From: a virus
Taxonomy: Duplodnaviria > Caudoviricetes
IMG/VR virus record: IMGVR_UViG_3300030376_003152
Coordinates: 1-28,996 of that record
DNA: 28,996 nt
Strand: one strand, 5' to 3'
A program made the translations under genes and the position numbers. Positions 24,775 to 28,996 of the stretch are shown piece after piece; within the stretch, counting starts at the first letter, position 1; every line of letters begins with the position of its first letter. The notes under the pieces are model-generated. The model did no database searches. It was not told the DNA's origin and worked only from the letters and a program-made list of their open reading frames with translations.

Positions 24775-27458
24775 CTAAAATTAGCCTTTAGATAATATAC
24801 ACTTTCTACAGGAACACCATGCATTTTACTTATACTTTCCATTGAATCCATTTTATTTACAATTTGTTCTATATCACTTACAGTAACATCTACATGATAG
24901 GTGTTTTTCAATACATCAATTGCCTTATTTACATGGTTGTAATTATTTAATTTAGAAGTGTTATAGTATACAGGTTTATCCATCATTTTTCTAATATTAT
25001 CGTGAGCATCTAAAAGTTTTAATTCAGCATCAGATTTTACAATATTCATATCATCAAGAGCAGAAAAGAATCTTTTGATTAAATCTCTTGTGGTTGGATT
25101 ACCTGAATACTGCTCTCTGTTTTTATTTAGATGTGATTCAATTGCTTCTAATGGGTAAACTTTTTGGTCTTTGTATAGTTCTTTCCACTCTTCAGTTTTT
25201 TTATTGAATATTTCTACATCATTTAATTTATTCTTAGTGATAATAGTATTTAGGAATACACCAAGTTCAACTTTAGAATCTTCCTTGAAGTTACCCCCTA
25301 ACCCTCCTAATATTTCAGCAGTTAATGTTTGTAGCCCTTGTAACTGTGTTCTTAATTTAACATAATCTTTTTCAGCAGGAGTTGTAATAAATTCTAAAGC
25401 CGTTACAATTTGCTCTAACTCATCTTCATCTAATAATAACGCACCATATTCTGCTTCCATCGCTAATAAAGTAAAGAAAGAATTATCTTTTTGTATGTCT
25501 TGTTGGTTGGTTAATATTTGTATTAATCTACTATTTGCAAATTCTATCTTATCATCAAATGGTTTGTACCTAGAAGTCATAGGTAATATATAGTAATCTA
25601 TAATTGCTTCCATCATTGCTTTATGCTCATTAGTTAATGCTTTTATTTCTTCTAAGAAATTTTGTCTATCTTTTCTACCAAGTGTAGCAGATACTAATGT
25701 TGGTTTCTTTTGTGCTTCTGTTCCTTTTTCTTCTATACTAGTAGGAGATGCTAGTTTGTCCAAATCTGAACCACTAGATAAAAATTTACTAATTGTTTCT
25801 AAAAAATTACCAATATTTTTTAGGTTCTCTATTTCGTTTATATCATCATTATCTTTAGTTTTTATTATACCACTTTCTAAAATTCTTTCAGATGCAGGAA
25901 GATAAAATTTTGAAGTTCCTGACACTACTGCTTGTGCTGCTAATGTGTTTACATAGTCCTCAATATCATCATCTATAACTATTGTAAATTTATCACCTAG
26001 TCTTTTCATTGCTCTTTTAATTCGACTAATTTCCTTATTAAAAATAGGCCACTCTGCCCATGCTGAAAATTCATTTCTATTTTTATTTTCACCTGCATAT
26101 ACATAATAAAACAGTGGGTCTACTTTAGTAGTGTCATGTAATTTACCTAATTTCTTACCTAATCTAGAAACTTGTGCGTCTTCTTCCTTAGACTCAATCG
26201 CATCTATTTCTATAAATTCTGTTTTATCCCCTGTTTCTTTATCTGTCATACTTGTACGAGTAGCAAGTCCACGACCTTCAAGTCCTAACTCTTCATTAGA
26301 TACATTAGAATCTAATCCTAACTCTTGGATAAGTTCATCTCTTTGTCTATCCAACTCTACATCTGCACCCTTTTTATCAAGAGTGTCTAAAAAAGTTTCA
26401 AATAAAATTTGAACTTTATCAGTTCCTTTAACCCAATCTTTCATTGTTTTACCATCATATTCTAAAATATATTTGTATTTGTTTTCATCTGCTTCTAATT
26501 CTTCTGCAATAGAGATAAAATCTTGAATTACTTCTTTTAATTTATCATTAGTAGTTTCTATTTCTTTTAGTCCTTCTTTAAATTCTTTAACTGTGTTTAC
26601 AACATCTGTATACTTTTCATCAATACCTTGCCAATACTTGTAGATATCTTCTCTTCTTGATAAAAACTTTAAATCTAATTTTCCTATTAACATGTCTGCA
26701 TCTAATTCCATACCTTGCAGAGACACACTTTTATCAGTGGTTAATCTACTATTAATTTGAGTAATAAATGGTTCAACTAATTTTCTCATCTGTTGGGTTG
26801 GTGCACTTTCTAAGGTTCTTAACCATTCTTGTAATTTATTTTTTGAAAGGACTCCTTTACTCCAAGAAATTCCTTGACTTAGAACCTCATTTGCATTTTT
26901 TAAATTATACTTAGTAGATTTTCCTTTCATTTTAAAATTATTAAGAACTCTATTTATTCCTTCTGATTCCCCTCTTTCTATTGCTGACTCTTTATCTTGT
27001 GATTCTACATCAGCAAGAGTTTCTTTAGTTTGAGTACCAAACGCCTTTCTTTCTTTTAATTGTGAAATGACAAATCTTAACATTTTACTTTTCATATCAT
27101 CCGGTCTAATAGACTGAAACCCTTCATATTCTTTACGCATGTAATCATTTAATATTTGTTGTACTTCACCGTCTAATGCTTCAGATAAAATATGAGGTTG
27201 AAATACATATCCATCTTTAGTTTCCCTTAACAATACAGAGTCATCTTCTTTACTGCTAGAAGAGTTTTGTACTAAGAAATTAAATAACATATCTTTATTA
27301 AAACTCTTTCTAAGTTGAATAGCAGCCTGTCTAATATTTTCTTGTTCTACACCAACCTTGTCTAAATGGGTTTTTAATCCATCCATACCATTTTTTAATA
27401 ATATAGAGAAAACCTGAACCTTATCTAACTCATCTAAATTTTCTATTTTAACTACCAT
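24771..27458 (-). CDS. Large hypothetical protein, 895 aa, helical
   Basis: Long ORF; IVKS site precedes a small C-terminal HTH-like domain (SMESISKMHGVPVESVYYLK). Confidence 0.7.
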   Translation of the reverse strand: MVVKIENLDELDKVQVFSILLKNGMDGLKTHLDKVGVEQENIRQAAIQLRKSFNKDMLFNFLVQNSSSSKEDDSVLLRETKDGYVFQPHILSEALDGEVQQILNDYMRKEYEGFQSIRPDDMKSKMLRFVISQLKERKAFGTQTKETLADVESQDKESAIERGESEGINRVLNNFKMKGKSTKYNLKNANEVLSQGISWSKGVLSKNKLQEWLRTLESAPTQQMRKLVEPFITQINSRLTTDKSVSLQGMELDADMLIGKLDLKFLSRREDIYKYWQGIDEKYTDVVNTVKEFKEGLKEIETTNDKLKEVIQDFISIAEELEADENKYKYILEYDGKTMKDWVKGTDKVQILFETFLDTLDKKGADVELDRQRDELIQELGLDSNVSNEELGLEGRGLATRTSMTDKETGDKTEFIEIDAIESKEEDAQVSRLGKKLGKLHDTTKVDPLFYYVYAGENKNRNEFSAWAEWPIFNKEISRIKRAMKRLGDKFTIVIDDDIEDYVNTLAAQAVVSGTSKFYLPASERILESGIIKTKDNDDINEIENLKNIGNFLETISKFLSSGSDLDKLASPTSIEEKGTEAQKKPTLVSATLGRKDRQNFLEEIKALTNEHKAMMEAIIDYYILPMTSRYKPFDDKIEFANSRLIQILTNQQDIQKDNSFFTLLAMEAEYGALLLDEDELEQIVTALEFITTPAEKDYVKLRTQLQGLQTLTAEILGGLGGNFKEDSKVELGVFLNTIITKNKLNDVEIFNKKTEEWKELYKDQKVYPLEAIESHLNKNREQYSGNPTTRDLIKRFFSALDDMNIVKSDAELKLLDAHDNIRKMMDKPVYYNTSKLNNYNHVNKAIDVLKNTYHVDVTVSDIEQIVNKMDSMESISKMHGVPVESVYYLKANFR

Positions 27459-27459
27459 T

Positions 27460-28996
27460 TTATACCCTCGTTTTTACCCAATTATACGGTTCTAATTTCT
27501 TCCTACCGTGTAGTATACTTTTGTCTCCACTACCCATATAGTCTACAATGGTTTTCATTAACTCTTCAAAAAAAGCCTCTCTTATTCTAGTATAGTTTGA
27601 TTGTGATAATGCATCCCTTACTTTCTTTTCATTATCTTCAGTAGAATTTTTACCATATTTTCTAACCAATCTAGGTAAACTATCTGCTCCACCTAGACTT
27701 ACCACTTCAATTCTACCTAAAACACGTATAACACTAGGAAGAGTTGCTGATTGAGTTTTCATATTATCTAACTTAAACATATTAGCACCTTCAGTTTCCC
27801 TTGCTAAGTCTAAATAAGATTCAAGTGCATCTTCATCTGTATCAACAGTATCTACTGAAATAGTTTTAGAACTTCCCTGTTGCCCAAATAATCTTATTAA
27901 TTTTTTACCATCTTCTAAAGATGCTGCTCTCATTCCTCCACTACGATTATCTTTCATGCGTTCTAGTTCTGTAGTATACTCCGAATAATACTCGTAAACA
28001 TCATCTTCATCTATATCAGGAAAATATTTTTCTAATAATTTAAGTTGTTGTTCATTTAGACTACCATCTTTTACAGATATTAAAGCACTATAATCTTCTT
28101 TAGGTATACTATAATCTACCTTTTCTGTTCCACTTATTCTAGATTTCCATTCATTTTCTAAAGAAATTTTGTTTGCGTGTTCTGACATCTTTTTTCTAAA
28201 TGTAGGAAAACTATTATTAGAATCATCCCATAATTCTTGTATTATTTCAGAAACATTTTTTCCTGCATCTTCTATAAATTCTGAATCGTCATCAATAAAA
28301 ATATTAGTTCTTAACATATTAATCACTGCTTGTTGTTGATTACTTTGTTTAGTTGTTCCTTCTGTTGGAAAGTTTGATGGTTCAAAATTAGGATTATTCA
28401 TAACCCATTCTAAAGAAGGGTTCATTCTATTCCCAATTAGTTTTTTAAATTTTCTAGGAATATATGGAACATTCGCTTCTCCGACCTTATATAAAAACTG
28501 TAAATATTCTACAAAGAATGCAGGGGTTAATTTACTTTCATCTACTTTAACTTTCAAATCTTCTTCCTCTTGTGGAAGTTTAAATTTTAATTGTGCAGCA
28601 AGTTCCGGTTTATCTTTTAGATACTCAGATAATTTATTTTCATTCTTTTCATCCCATACCTTTAGTCTTAATTGTTCTCTAGGATTTTTATTAAAAAATT
28701 CTACTACTTCATCATGTTTACCATCTAATAATAATTTAATATTATTTACCATAAAAGGTCTTTCATCTCTAGATTTTTTCGGTATTCCGTCTAGTATCAT
28801 CTGAACAAGTTCCTTTTCATCTTCATCTCCGGCTTGTTTAATTTGACGACCTGCTGCTCGTAATATTTCTTCTCTATTATATTCATACCCTTTGCTATCT
28901 GTACTATTATCTTTAACACCTTGAATAAGTTGTTCAATACCTGCTTTATTATCTGACAACATTAGAACATTAATCTGTTTATCCCAATATTTAGCA
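27460..28996 (-). CDS. Large hypothetical protein, probably 5'-truncated by the window edge
   Basis: Frame remains open from ATG 28962 to the edge (AKYWDKQINVL-MLSDNK), so the true start may lie outside. Confidence 0.7.
   Translation of the reverse strand, partial: AKYWDKQINVLMLSDNKAGIEQLIQGVKDNSTDSKGYEYNREEILRAAGRQIKQAGDEDEKELVQMILDGIPKKSRDERPFMVNNIKLLLDGKHDEVVEFFNKNPREQLRLKVWDEKNENKLSEYLKDKPELAAQLKFKLPQEEEDLKVKVDESKLTPAFFVEYLQFLYKVGEANVPYIPRKFKKLIGNRMNPSLEWVMNNPNFEPSNFPTEGTTKQSNQQQAVINMLRTNIFIDDDSEFIEDAGKNVSEIIQELWDDSNNSFPTFRKKMSEHANKISLENEWKSRISGTEKVDYSIPKEDYSALISVKDGSLNEQQLKLLEKYFPDIDEDDVYEYYSEYTTELERMKDNRSGGMRAASLEDGKKLIRLFGQQGSSKTISVDTVDTDEDALESYLDLARETEGANMFKLDNMKTQSATLPSVIRVLGRIEVVSLGGADSLPRLVRKYGKNSTEDNEKKVRDALSQSNYTRIREAFFEELMKTIVDYMGSGDKSILHGRKKLEPYNWVKTRV

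Noticed and set aside
133-26412. All plus-strand ORFs in the track (e.g. 1965..2411, 9385..9762, 10679..11023, 11439..12047, 16458..16874, 17808..18200)
   Set aside because: Antisense shadows of well-supported minus-strand genes; S/F/L/I-rich composition typical of reverse-complemented K/E-rich coding; no motifs
1-28996. tRNA/rRNA genes, integrase, transposase
   Set aside because: Intergenic gaps are too short or lack cloverleaf structure; no such protein motifs seen

Overview
AT-rich fragment of a tailed (Caudoviricetes, HK97-fold) virus genome. Essentially all real genes lie on the minus strand, tightly packed, many with GGTGA/GGAGG Shine-Dalgarno sites. Gene content, SD style and a TATA-box promoter point to an archaeal host; it most resembles Marine Group II (Poseidoniales) 'magroviruses' (inferred, not searched). 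In transcription order (right to left): two large unknown proteins, GNAT-like protein, terminase large subunit, LAGLIDADG-domain protein, portal, an array of small putative internal-head proteins with a shared 'MSWQDILK'-type leader, ATP-dependent DNA ligase, prohead protease/scaffold, major capsid protein, accessory head proteins, a five-gene module (two membrane proteins, an Arf-like small GTPase, a zinc-finger protein with an ArfGAP-like motif, a Q/M/P-rich protein), head-tail adaptor, tail completion protein, tail tube, tail assembly chaperones joined by a -1 slippery site, and the start of a probable tape measure gene. The Arf-like GTPase module and the leader-tagged cargo array are the most interesting elements.
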